A stretch of DNA of 64,000 nt. Origin: a virus. Lineage: Duplodnaviria > Caudoviricetes. Of this stretch, positions 9,143 to 17,919 are shown piece after piece. A program made the position numbers and the translations under genes. The notes under the pieces were generated by a model, which made no database searches, was not told the DNA's origin, and saw only the letters and a program-made list of their open reading frames with translations. Within the stretch, counting starts at the first letter, position 1. Each line of letters starts with the position of its first letter. The stretch is taken from positions 7,790-71,789 of IMG/VR virus record IMGVR_UViG_3300031414_000021; one strand, 5' to 3'.

Positions 9143-9802
9143 CTATGATGCGAAGTGAATCAAGAACTGCACAGGTCGGACACGAGGATTATGTACGGCT
9201 CTCAGCAATTGCTCAAAGCGAACGTCACGACCGCGCAGGTAGTTTGCGTTGTCAAACACGATCAGGCTGTACGGTGGCTGCGATTGGGCAGATGCACCAA
9301 ACTGCTCGAAAATGTTTGGCTCCCGAGATTCTCGGAGCTGCTTACACATACGGCCGTAACCCGCAGCATCGTGAATTATAAAAGCGTCACAGTTGCAACT
9401 AGGGTCAGTGACCTGAAACAAGTCAGGCTCACGGGTGCCGATGTACAAACAATGTGCGTGTGGGTACTTCTCCATAAAGTCCATCAGGAGGTACTGAGCA
9501 AACACAGTTGCACCGCTGCGCTGAGGCAAGTGGAAGCCCAGCGTGTGGAAGTCCCGCATTGTTTCAAACGAGATTTCCATTGACTCGACTGTTTCTTCGA
9601 TTTGCCCTGGCGTTGGACGAATGCGTTTGTCTTCGAGTTCATCGTAACTGATTTTGCCAATGGCTGCCTGAAACTCACGGTCACCATTAAGCTGTTCGTC
9701 AACGTAGTGATAGGCAGATCGCTGGACGTTTTCAAAGGCACGTTCTTGTGCTGTCTGAATAATCGTGAGCAATGACTGCTGGACAGGGTTGAGTTCAATC
9801 AT
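9143..9802 (-). CDS. hypothetical protein
   Basis: 219-aa ORF, RBS AAGGAA upstream. Confidence 0.7.
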   Translation of the reverse strand: MIELNPVQQSLLTIIQTAQERAFENVQRSAYHYVDEQLNGDREFQAAIGKISYDELEDKRIRPTPGQIEETVESMEISFETMRDFHTLGFHLPQRSGATVFAQYLLMDFMEKYPHAHCLYIGTREPDLFQVTDPSCNCDAFIIHDAAGYGRMCKQLRESREPNIFEQFGASAQSQPPYSLIVFDNANYLRGRDVRFEQLLRAVHNPRVRPVQFLIHFAS

Positions 9803-9811
9803 GGTAGTTCC

Positions 9812-10018
9812 TTACTCTTCGGGATCAAGTCCCAGTTTACGACAAAGGTCCTCGAACTCGTCTTCCGACATAGTATCGAGGCAGGAGTTGCGAAATGCGT
9901 CCCAGTGTTCTTCGGCAAAGCGACGCACCGCGTGGAGTTCATCTTCATTGAAATGAGTCATAGCACGTTCCTCTATTAGTCTGGCTTGATGCCCAGATCG
10001 ATTAAAAGTTTTCGCCAC
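9812..10018 (-). CDS. small acidic hypothetical protein (start may be 9961)
   Basis: ORF track. Confidence 0.5.
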   Translation of the reverse strand: MAKTFNRSGHQARLIEERAMTHFNEDELHAVRRFAEEHWDAFRNSCLDTMSEDEFEDLCRKLGLDPEE

Positions 10019-10302
10019 TCAACGTCGCTCATTGTGGCAGGACGTCGTTTTGGTCCTAAGCCTGGTCCAGTCTTGCCTGGAAGATCCCGGTCAGAGTGTT
10101 CAACAAGGCCTTTCTTTAAAAAGGCAGGCAGACCAAAATCGTTGTGCTTAACATAAGCATTAATACCAACATGCGCGTGACTTACTCGCGGCTTGGTGGG
10201 ATTCTTACGCCGGTGTTCTGCATCAATATCGTCAAAGATACCAACGGCACGGCAACGACGGTAATTGGGATGAACACTGATATGTTTGACGACGGCTGTC
10301 AT
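9976..10302 (-). CDS. hypothetical protein
   Basis: 108-aa ORF. Confidence 0.55.
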   Translation of the reverse strand: MTAVVKHISVHPNYRRCRAVGIFDDIDAEHRRKNPTKPRVSHAHVGINAYVKHNDFGLPAFLKKGLVEHSDRDLPGKTGPGLGPKRRPATMSDVEWRKLLIDLGIKPD

Positions 10303-10310
10303 GTTTTACC

Positions 10311-10829
10311 TCAATCAGGTTTATCGAGAAGACGATCTATTTCCCACTCCATGTAATCGTCAGGGTTCCAACTTGAGGGATCATCAGGATGATAATCATC
10401 AGGATCGTACAGCCCTTCAAGATTTGGAGATACGTCTCTGTGGTAAATGTGCTCGCAGGCAGTAGCACTATTAGATTCGAAATTGGGGATGCAGAAGACA
10501 GGAAGACAAAAGCGTAAAGGAAAATCTTTTACGATAGTCTTTTCAACATCAGCATCATCGTCTGTCCATGGGACGTGGATTTTTTCTTGAGCTTGGACCA
10601 AAGCAAAGTAGCGTTCGAATTTCTCACGGTCTCCGTATTGCTCCCAGCCTAACAACATGCGGTTCAAAAACACATGTTGGCTGATATCGAATTTTTCATA
10701 CTCTTTGGTAATCACTTCAAAACAGCTAACATCAGGGTTCTGAGCAATTCGATACTCAAGGTAGATTTCCATCTTGACGGCGATGCGTAGTCGAGATTTT
10801 ATGCTCAAGCTATAAGGGCTTCGCTTCAT
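10311..10829 (-). CDS. hypothetical protein (AT-rich gene, PDDY repeats near the C-terminus)
   Basis: Coupled to the PolA-like ORF; atypical codon use. Confidence 0.6.
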   Translation of the reverse strand: MKRSPYSLSIKSRLRIAVKMEIYLEYRIAQNPDVSCFEVITKEYEKFDISQHVFLNRMLLGWEQYGDREKFERYFALVQAQEKIHVPWTDDDADVEKTIVKDFPLRFCLPVFCIPNFESNSATACEHIYHRDVSPNLEGLYDPDDYHPDDPSSWNPDDYMEWEIDRLLDKPD

Positions 10830-12427
10830 TATTCGTCACTCATAAAATCTAAGGCATCGGAGAATCGTTTGACAACAAACTTAGCAGTGCCGGAAACAAT
10901 TCCCTCAGGACCGGTCTGCATCAAAGCACCGTCATGCTCCAACGAGAAAACTATTTGAACGTTATCACTCAGGATAGCGTCAAACAGCCTTTTTGATTCT
11001 ATGCCCGAAATCTGATGGCTCATCGTACTTCGGCACAAGTTGCGCTTACCCATTCCAACATGAGTGTTTGGGAGAAATGGGGTATGTGTATCATTGCGTA
11101 ACAGAGGGCCCTCGCGAGTAATTCGAAATTGCTCAACGTACACGGCACTAAGTTTTCGCAGTGCTTGGATAAATGGAATACAGGTGATGTTCCACGTTTC
11201 CAAGAACTGATACACCTCATCTTTGTTTTTGAAATGAGGACGCAGGGCTTTGTAGGTGCTGCTCTTAGGACTCTTGACCAAAGTGCTGACACTAAACAAA
11301 GTGGCATAGAAACAGATTTTGGCCAGCTTTTTAGGCAGGCCAACTCTTTCAGCTATATCATTTACAGAATTGATATCCGCTAGAAATGAACACTCAATGC
11401 CATACTTAGCCAGCTCCTCACGAATGATATTCAACTGGCTGCTTTCCATATCCCAGTTGGTGCCCACAACACTACACCTCTGTTTGAGAATTGCAGGGAA
11501 GCTCTGGAAGCCTCCTCCTTCTTCAAACAGGCGTCCTCCAATTCGAGCCAGCTTGTACGCAGGGTAATATCGAATGACGAGAGGTTTGTCTGACACTATC
11601 TGAATCGGACCGTTGATGATCGCCAGTAGACAGTGAAGCACCTGATGGAACTGACGTTGAGCCTTGTCAGTTTTACGAAAGCTCTTTGTCTCCAGGTATT
11701 CTAAGATAGGGTCGATTGCAATTTCATTAGGCCCCAGCTTCTTCAATACCTTGAGATACAACTGTCTGGCTTTGCGATCTTCATTAGCCCGCAACCGTTC
11801 AAGATCGTGTTTGCGCCTTTTTAAAGGGCGATTAGCATTGACACGTATCTCCTCAAGAATCGTCAGGCCAAAGTTCTCCTGAACAACTTGAACAGGACTG
11901 TAGTAACGGGTCAGCTCCAAAATCTCACGGCTAGACCTAGGTCGTTGTGGATACATCTGGGCGATATGAACGCTTTTGACGCGATACTCACAACTCATGC
12001 CAGGACCATTAGCAGTTTTCTTTTTGTAGCCCTTGCGGTCGATAACACAAGCCACCAGCCACTCCAAGGCACGAGTAAAGTGTTTTGGAGTTCTGTTTAA
12101 CATTTTAGGGCCTACAGGACCCCGTTTAGCATTTTTACAGCCAAAAACCATCGGCAATTCGCGTCTACCGAGTTTTGCGCTGATTGGCACCCAAACTGTG
12201 CCAAATTTCTCAAATCTTTTCTTTTTCGACGGATACAAGGAGCTTTGGAGCACATGCCAGAAAAACAGATTGATTTGGCGTCTGTATTCGTTTTCGAGCT
12301 TGGCTGGACCGTCATACGGACAACGATCAACAACGTTTTCTTTGACCCACTTTAAGGGTTCCAGCTCCTGGTAGGTGGGATTCTTTATCAAGAACGCTTC
12401 GCGCTTCTTGTCTGAGGAAGAAGACAT
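10829..12427 (-). CDS. divergent family-A polymerase-like protein (532 aa)
   Basis: GGRLF, NWDMESSQL (motif A-like), AKICFYATLF (motif B-like) and SLEHDGAL (motif C-like) occur in PolA order; no exonuclease domain; AT-rich. Confidence 0.5.
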   Translation of the reverse strand: MSSSSDKKREAFLIKNPTYQELEPLKWVKENVVDRCPYDGPAKLENEYRRQINLFFWHVLQSSLYPSKKKRFEKFGTVWVPISAKLGRRELPMVFGCKNAKRGPVGPKMLNRTPKHFTRALEWLVACVIDRKGYKKKTANGPGMSCEYRVKSVHIAQMYPQRPRSSREILELTRYYSPVQVVQENFGLTILEEIRVNANRPLKRRKHDLERLRANEDRKARQLYLKVLKKLGPNEIAIDPILEYLETKSFRKTDKAQRQFHQVLHCLLAIINGPIQIVSDKPLVIRYYPAYKLARIGGRLFEEGGGFQSFPAILKQRCSVVGTNWDMESSQLNIIREELAKYGIECSFLADINSVNDIAERVGLPKKLAKICFYATLFSVSTLVKSPKSSTYKALRPHFKNKDEVYQFLETWNITCIPFIQALRKLSAVYVEQFRITREGPLLRNDTHTPFLPNTHVGMGKRNLCRSTMSHQISGIESKRLFDAILSDNVQIVFSLEHDGALMQTGPEGIVSGTAKFVVKRFSDALDFMSDE

Positions 12428-12875
12428 TCGAATCTCCTGAATGGAACTTCTTTTTTACGTTTTCTTGTTTTATCTTTACAGTTTTAGCTACGCTATCTCG
12501 AAGCACATACAAACCTCAGCTGGCAGGCAGGAGAGGAGGACAGGCAGGCAGGAAGGGCAGGGCACAGATAAGCACAAGCTACGCTTAATAGATACAAATA
12601 CAAGAAGGCTTTAGGTGGTCTCCATTTTATATTTGATGATTTTGCGCCACAGCTCACTGCTCAACAGATCCCACTGTCCAGGGCGTTTAACCCTGCTCCA
12701 GGGCGATCTCCACCCATCTGTCAAATGCTCCCTAGCGGATGTAAATTTTTCGCTTAAATCTAGCCAAAACTGTCCATTTTCTGACCAAAGGCGCCTAAGC
12801 TCATGTTTCAGCTCTGAAAATCCCGATTAAAACAGGATTTTCAGACGAATCTTAGGGCCTTTGAAGTGGCCGATA
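12428..12875. other. non-coding block with strong purine skew, short repeats and an inverted repeat (origin-like)
   Basis: GGCAG repeats 12522-12561; AGCTACGCT x2; TCCAGGGCG x2; 10-bp IR CTGAAAATCC/GGATTTTCAG at 12814-12844. Confidence 0.4.
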
Positions 12876-13571
12876 TTACTTTTTACGGCTCACCACTTTG
12901 TTCAGCTTGACGCCAATAGACGTCAGAATGCGCTGGACAGTCTCACCGTCATGATTCTTAATCGCTGCGGCCAGCTGATCACCCTGCTCACGGCTCAATT
13001 CAGGCATGATCAGCTTCAACATTTGGCTGCGTGCTTTAGCTGATGGGCTTTTACCACGAGATTCACTGGCCATCATGGTAGTAGCAGGCACGCCTTCACG
13101 TTCCTCAATGGTAAGCATTTCGCCCTGAGGCACGTTCTTAACAATGCGATGTGGGCCCTCGCCACGCAGGATAGCTGCCAGACGTTCGCCCAAAGGTGCA
13201 AAGATGCGCTCAAATTCAGTTCGCGGTTCCCATTTGTCGTCGTTGCTGTAGGTGAACACCTCTGTATCGCTGAGGTTCTCGCCTTTGTTGCCTAGATTGG
13301 CTGCCTTGCGTGCTAGATCCCGGCCCGTCTGTTGCTCATCATCCGTTTGCTGACCACCACGCACAGCTTTAGGCCCGGGTTCAGCACGGAAATCAGTGTT
13401 ATCCGCGCCAACACGCTTGTCCGTGAGACGAGACTGATCCCCAATGGCTGTAGGCTTAACATCGCGTACCGGATCAGGATTGTTTGTTGAATCGTTGATC
13501 GACTGATTCGGCGTTACATTAGGCGGCTGAGTAACAGAGTTTTCACGGCTCACGCTTAAACGAAGTTTCAT
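12876..13571 (-). CDS. low-complexity protein with ISLS-like start (MKLRLSVS), probable virion protein
   Basis: ATG 13571 after GAGGA; N/P/D/Q-rich N-terminal half. Confidence 0.7.
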   Translation of the reverse strand: MKLRLSVSRENSVTQPPNVTPNQSINDSTNNPDPVRDVKPTAIGDQSRLTDKRVGADNTDFRAEPGPKAVRGGQQTDDEQQTGRDLARKAANLGNKGENLSDTEVFTYSNDDKWEPRTEFERIFAPLGERLAAILRGEGPHRIVKNVPQGEMLTIEEREGVPATTMMASESRGKSPSAKARSQMLKLIMPELSREQGDQLAAAIKNHDGETVQRILTSIGVKLNKVVSRKK

Positions 13572-13582
13572 TGCATTTCCTC

Positions 13583-14683
13583 TTATCGGACAATAAAGCC
13601 CTTGTCGATGTTGTATTGGATTTCTTTGCGTTGAACAGGACGCGTTGTCGCAACCCATTCCCATGCCTGCTGGCGTGAGTTACGCTTTTTAGGAGCCTCC
13701 ATGACCTTGAGAACATAGTTCCTGTCTGGCAGAACGATAATGTCCTCAGGTTCAATCATGCCAACTGATGCCGGCAGGACAACTGTGAGATTACCCACAG
13801 TCAGTTCCTGATCGTAGTTCAGCACGTTGGCTTCCTCGCTGATGTTGCAGCGCACTGCCTGCACACCCTGATCGAAAATCATAACGCAGTGCGTGAACGT
13901 TTCAACATTGCGGACGCGAATGATAATATTCTGTCCACGATGCTGATCAAGCAAGGCCATTGTGAGTTCGGTAGGCTGGTTGTTGATAACAGCCATCGGA
14001 CGATACTCGGCACTGTACAGCTTGTCGTTTTCCCTGATGCTGTATTTCACTGTCTTGAAATACTTGGGCACGGTAACGTCGAAGTCAACATATCCGTCCT
14101 TGCGTACCTGCCTGAACAGCAGTGGTGCAACGCTGGGGTCAAGGCTGTAGCCAACAAACTTGTTGACGTGGTGGTGAGACATTACCACGTACTGGTAACC
14201 CACAGCAGCAAAGCCCGGCTGTACGCCCTGACGATAGCAGATGCCACAGTTAACAACGTTGCCACCATCCCAGCGCGTGTCAAACTCATCGCCGTCTGTC
14301 GCAAGATCAACTGCGTCAATCATGGCACGTCCAGCAGGATTGATATCGTCCAGAGATACGGCACTTGACGAACCGCCGCCAAACATAGTGCGGTTGGCAG
14401 GAGTGATTTCAACGTTGCGCTGGTGGATATCCGATTCACGTCCAACAGACTTCAAACCACCAGCCGTATCGCCTGGCAAGTTGTCAACGCGGTTGCAGCT
14501 ACACACCAGACCAAACTTGGCTTTTTTGTAGATGATGCAGCGGGTAGAATCCACAGCCAGTGCCTGTTCCACCTTGGACTGCACGGCAGGTATGATACTA
14601 TCCATCCTTTTTTGGACACGTTCTCCTTCAAAGGTTTTGTAGCGGGTAAACGGAACATTTTTACCGCGTTTAATCCAGCTCAT
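13583..14683 (-). CDS. hypothetical protein, possibly virion structural (head-tail/neck-like)
   Basis: 366 aa with RBS GAGGAG; CSCN and CGIC motifs; beta-rich C-terminus. Function is inferred only. Confidence 0.6.
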   Translation of the reverse strand: MSWIKRGKNVPFTRYKTFEGERVQKRMDSIIPAVQSKVEQALAVDSTRCIIYKKAKFGLVCSCNRVDNLPGDTAGGLKSVGRESDIHQRNVEITPANRTMFGGGSSSAVSLDDINPAGRAMIDAVDLATDGDEFDTRWDGGNVVNCGICYRQGVQPGFAAVGYQYVVMSHHHVNKFVGYSLDPSVAPLLFRQVRKDGYVDFDVTVPKYFKTVKYSIRENDKLYSAEYRPMAVINNQPTELTMALLDQHRGQNIIIRVRNVETFTHCVMIFDQGVQAVRCNISEEANVLNYDQELTVGNLTVVLPASVGMIEPEDIIVLPDRNYVLKVMEAPKKRNSRQQAWEWVATTRPVQRKEIQYNIDKGFIVR

Positions 14684-14742
14684 ATCGTTCTCCTCTAGTG
14701 TCTAAAATTAGTGATCTTCTCATTTATCAATCTTCCTAGAGA

Positions 14743-14770
14743 TTCTTATAAACTTTATAATATATAAGAA
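14743..14770 (+). promoter_or_regulatory. inverted repeat enclosing a TATAAT -10 box (candidate RHH operator or left-end hairpin)
   Basis: TTCTTATA-N12-TATAAGAA with TATAAT at 14756-14761. Confidence 0.5.
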
Positions 14771-14788
14771 GACATGAGGAGAATCCCA

Positions 14789-14938
14789 ATGAGTAAAAAA
14801 CCAAGAGCATATAGCATTAGCGACGATGTGTTTAATGCAGTGCGCAAACGCGCCTTGGAAGAGAGCACTAAGAAGGGTAAACGTGTGTCGGAATCGGAGA
14901 TTGTCGAGAAGACACTGAGAAAGGCATTTGTACGATGA
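14789..14938 (+). CDS. 49-aa ribbon-helix-helix-like DNA-binding protein
   Basis: Not in the ORF track. MSKKPRAYSISDDVFNAVRKRALEES...VSESEIVEKTLRKAF; RBS GAGGAG; ATGA overlap with tnpB. Confidence 0.75.
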   Translation: MSKKPRAYSISDDVFNAVRKRALEESTKKGKRVSESEIVEKTLRKAFVR

Positions 14939-16092
14939 TCGGTTTCGTAGGACTTAAAGTCCGACTATATCCAACAGAGGTCCAGAGAAGTCTTATTGAA
15001 AAGACCTTTGGCTGTTGTCGAAAAGTTGCTAATGCTATGCTGGCAAAAAGAATTGAAGTGTGGACAGCGGAGCAGAGGACAATCGCACGAAACAAATTTA
15101 TCAATGCTCTGCCTAACTTGAAGAAAAAGTTTCCATGGCTGAGTGAGGTTGATAGTCAAGCATTACAGCAGGCTATCATCGACATGGATAAAGCCTTTGT
15201 CGCTTTCTTTGACAAGAAAAGTCACTTCCCTCAATTTAAATCCAAGCATGGGCCACAAGCGTTCAGATCAACTCAGCAGAATAGAGTTATGGACGATAGC
15301 CACATAAAAATAGGCAAGACTGGTGTTGTGCGTTGTCGAGGTATGAACGGCAGATACTCTGGTGAGAAAATAAGAAATGTTACTGTGAGTAGAGATTCCT
15401 GTGGACATTATTATGCCTCAGTCCTCATAGAGAAAGATAGAGTCGTGTACGATCATTGCCATGAGTTTATAGCCTGTGGCGTTGATGTGGGTATAGCCAA
15501 ACCTTTAACAATAGGGTGGGAAGACAACGACAATAAACCCAAGTACAGACACATAGGTAATCTTTTTACTAACAGGCTTGCTGTTAAAGAACAGAAACGG
15601 CTTAAATACCAGAAACAACTATCTCGAAAGAAAGTCGGCTCGAATGGATTCAAGCGTGCCAAGGTTAAGCTTGCCAAAGCCTTTGCTTCTGAAAGAAATT
15701 TACGGGACGACTGGCGCAAAAAGACCGCGTTATTTCTGTGCCGTAAGTTTACTCAGATCAATTTTGAAAAACTCAACCTAAGGCGTATGCTTTCAACAAA
15801 GACAGTAGAAGCGGAAAGGATGAAGCAGCATAAAACAAAACTCAATCGAGATTTATCCAGATTGGGATTTGCAGACCTGATCGCATTCTGTGAACAAAAA
15901 GCAGTTCAGTTTGGCGTGACCATTCAGTTAGTAGATCCTAGAAATACGTCACGCCAATGTAGTTGCTGTGGGCATACTGAGAAAGCCAATCGTATATCCC
16001 AAAGCCGTTTCAAGTGCGTTTCTTGCGGGTTTGAGGCAAACGCCGATGCGAATGCGAGCTGGAACATTCTTCGTCGTCCTGCTTTTGGATAA
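14935..16092 (+). CDS. tnpB: RNA-guided endonuclease TnpB (IS200/IS605 OrfB)
   Basis: N-terminal KVRLYPTEVQ; RuvC motifs GVDVG, FEKL and NADANA..NI; Zn ribbon CSCCG..CVSCG. Confidence 0.92.
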   Translation: MIGFVGLKVRLYPTEVQRSLIEKTFGCCRKVANAMLAKRIEVWTAEQRTIARNKFINALPNLKKKFPWLSEVDSQALQQAIIDMDKAFVAFFDKKSHFPQFKSKHGPQAFRSTQQNRVMDDSHIKIGKTGVVRCRGMNGRYSGEKIRNVTVSRDSCGHYYASVLIEKDRVVYDHCHEFIACGVDVGIAKPLTIGWEDNDNKPKYRHIGNLFTNRLAVKEQKRLKYQKQLSRKKVGSNGFKRAKVKLAKAFASERNLRDDWRKKTALFLCRKFTQINFEKLNLRRMLSTKTVEAERMKQHKTKLNRDLSRLGFADLIAFCEQKAVQFGVTIQLVDPRNTSRQCSCCGHTEKANRISQSRFKCVSCGFEANADANASWNILRRPAFG

Positions 16093-16186
16093 GACGTTTT
16101 TGCTCTTGTTCGTGTTCAAACTCCAGGTCTGTTTTTTCACGCACCTCTTTTATTTCTGCGTCAGAAAGACTTATTAAAATCTGCAT
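16010..16186 (-). CDS. ISLS-motif charged protein (MQILISLS); 3' end overlaps tnpB convergently
   Basis: ATG 16186 after GAGG; an in-frame upstream ATG at 16321 also has GAGGAG. Confidence 0.6.
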   Translation of the reverse strand: MQILISLSDAEIKEVREKTDLEFEHEQEQKRLIQKQDDEECSSSHSHRRLPQTRKKRT

Positions 16187-16381
16187 AGAATAAACCTCAT
16201 ATCGGATTATGTACCGTCGGGCTGACGGGAATTTACGCGAGTGGAGTGTGATTTTATCGCACAATGATGCTCGAAACAGTATTAAATTATTGTACGCCAT
16301 TAGTGACATAGATTTTCGCATTCACTCCTCAGAATAGTTATTTCTTGTTGCTTATAACTTTTAGCCCATGCGAGGCATATC

Positions 16382-16930
16382 ATGCGCATTCTTACGGGCG
16401 ACCCTGGTAAAGTTAATTTTGCCCTTAGTGTTATTGAGGTCAAAGGTAAACACCTGGATGTGATTGGTACGCGCATGTTTCAGCGTCCAATCCAAAATTT
16501 GCATCTGGACATGCGAGAGCCTACAAAGGAGTTCCTCAAAGAACTGCGCGAAATGAACAAGCTGTATGGACCGTTTGATGCCTTGTGCTTTGAACGTTTC
16601 CAATCGCGTGGTCTTGGTGGTAACACGATTGAGGCTATCAGTCTGATGCTGGGTGTTGTATCAGTGTTTGCCGTGCAACAAAACATACCTCTTGACTTGA
16701 TCACAGCAAGCCAGTGGAAAAACGCATTCAACCGACATATGGTTCTCAAGGACTTTTATGCCGAGTTTAACCTGACGTCCAAAAAGAGTCGCAAAGCAAT
16801 TCATGAGTTTGATGCGACGCTTATCGGCGTGTATACCTTCTGCCGACACAACAACGTTAAACCCTTCGCTGGATTCAATAAAGTGATCTACGCCTTTATT
16901 GAGAAGTTCCTGTCCAGCCCCGTTCTCTAG
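16382..16930 (+). CDS. ruvC: RuvC-like Holliday junction resolvase
   Basis: RILTGDPG, CFERFQ and HEFDA acidic motifs. Confidence 0.75.
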   Translation: MRILTGDPGKVNFALSVIEVKGKHLDVIGTRMFQRPIQNLHLDMREPTKEFLKELREMNKLYGPFDALCFERFQSRGLGGNTIEAISLMLGVVSVFAVQQNIPLDLITASQWKNAFNRHMVLKDFYAEFNLTSKKSRKAIHEFDATLIGVYTFCRHNNVKPFAGFNKVIYAFIEKFLSSPVL

Positions 16931-16936
16931 GAGACC

Positions 16937-17209
16937 GTGATGTTTTCAAACAAAGATCTGGTAGCACTGATCAACGAAGTCGCTGAGCCTGTGTATATCT
17001 CGCAAGGCCAAGTTGCTGCAATGGGACAGCGCTACTTTTCCGAAGAGCCGCACATGTTCCCACAGGACAAGGCAGAGGAACAAGTACGCAACCTGCTGGC
17101 AGAAAACATTGACCAAGATGCTCGTGGCGTTGTGTCTTACCGTGACGTATCGGAACTGGATTCGGATGACGGCAAGTTCGTAAGCGTCATCCTGGGTTTC
17201 CTCCAGTAA
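16937..17209 (+). CDS. hypothetical protein
   Basis: RBS AGGAG. Confidence 0.65.
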   Translation: MMFSNKDLVALINEVAEPVYISQGQVAAMGQRYFSEEPHMFPQDKAEEQVRNLLAENIDQDARGVVSYRDVSELDSDDGKFVSVILGFLQ

Positions 17210-17221
17210 TTGGCCATAAAA

Positions 17222-17258
17222 CTGTAAATAAATTTCAGGTTAAGGTATATCTGTAAAT
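17222..17258 (+). promoter_or_regulatory. two CTGTAAAT motifs (candidate phage-sigma promoter)
   Basis: Motif recurs 30-60 nt upstream of many starts on both strands (see findings). Confidence 0.6.
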
Positions 17259-17271
17259 CAGAGGTTTATTT

Positions 17272-17919
17272 ATGGCGCAGGCTACGAAAAAGAAATTGAA
17301 GAAGCGGCAGGTCAAGCAAGCTGCCGCTATTCCTGTGCGTGTGATTGAGGACACGAGGCCTGTTAATCTGTGTCCCGAATTGGAAAACGATGCGGAACCG
17401 TTTAAGTTCCGAGGCCAGTGTCCAATCACTCGCTGCCAGTATTGCACCACCAGCAGTCCAACAGGATGTATGGCTCTGGACCGCAGAGAGGCTAGTGACC
17501 GCAGCATCAGCCACAAAGAGATCGCCTACTACAAACGTGGTCTGTTTCCTGAACTGCGTGACTACGACCAAAAGCAACTCGACACAAGCATCCGACAGGC
17601 GCAGACGCGAGCCAAAGCCGCAGTCGCCCTGAACTCGTACATTGCCCAGCTTGATGATACGGACTGTGATAAAACGTTCACGTATCAGCAGGGCAAGAAT
17701 CCCTGGATTGATCATGTTCACAACTACATGGCTCAAACGTTTCCTGGGTATCGACCGTGGATGATGGCTTATCTGGATGACGCTACCCGCTTCCGTGCGG
17801 CTGTCAAAAAGATTGCCGATGTTGAGATTCAATTAGGCACAACGCTGCGACTGACACCCAAGAAGTATCTCGGGTTCTGTGCGGCGCTGCGAAAACTTAA
17901 ACAGTCTGGAGAGAAATAA
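17272..17919 (+). CDS. hypothetical protein with Cys cluster
   Basis: CP..CPITRCQYC..GC; RBS GAGG. Confidence 0.7.
   Translation: MAQATKKKLKKRQVKQAAAIPVRVIEDTRPVNLCPELENDAEPFKFRGQCPITRCQYCTTSSPTGCMALDRREASDRSISHKEIAYYKRGLFPELRDYDQKQLDTSIRQAQTRAKAAVALNSYIAQLDDTDCDKTFTYQQGKNPWIDHVHNYMAQTFPGYRPWMMAYLDDATRFRAAVKKIADVEIQLGTTLRLTPKKYLGFCAALRKLKQSGEK

Larger units (their letters stand above)
14700..16092 (+). mobile_element. RHH + TnpB cassette (IS200/IS605-derived, no TnpA)
   Basis: AT-rich plus-strand island inside a minus-strand gene block; two coupled ORFs; no Y1 or serine transposase. Confidence 0.75.
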
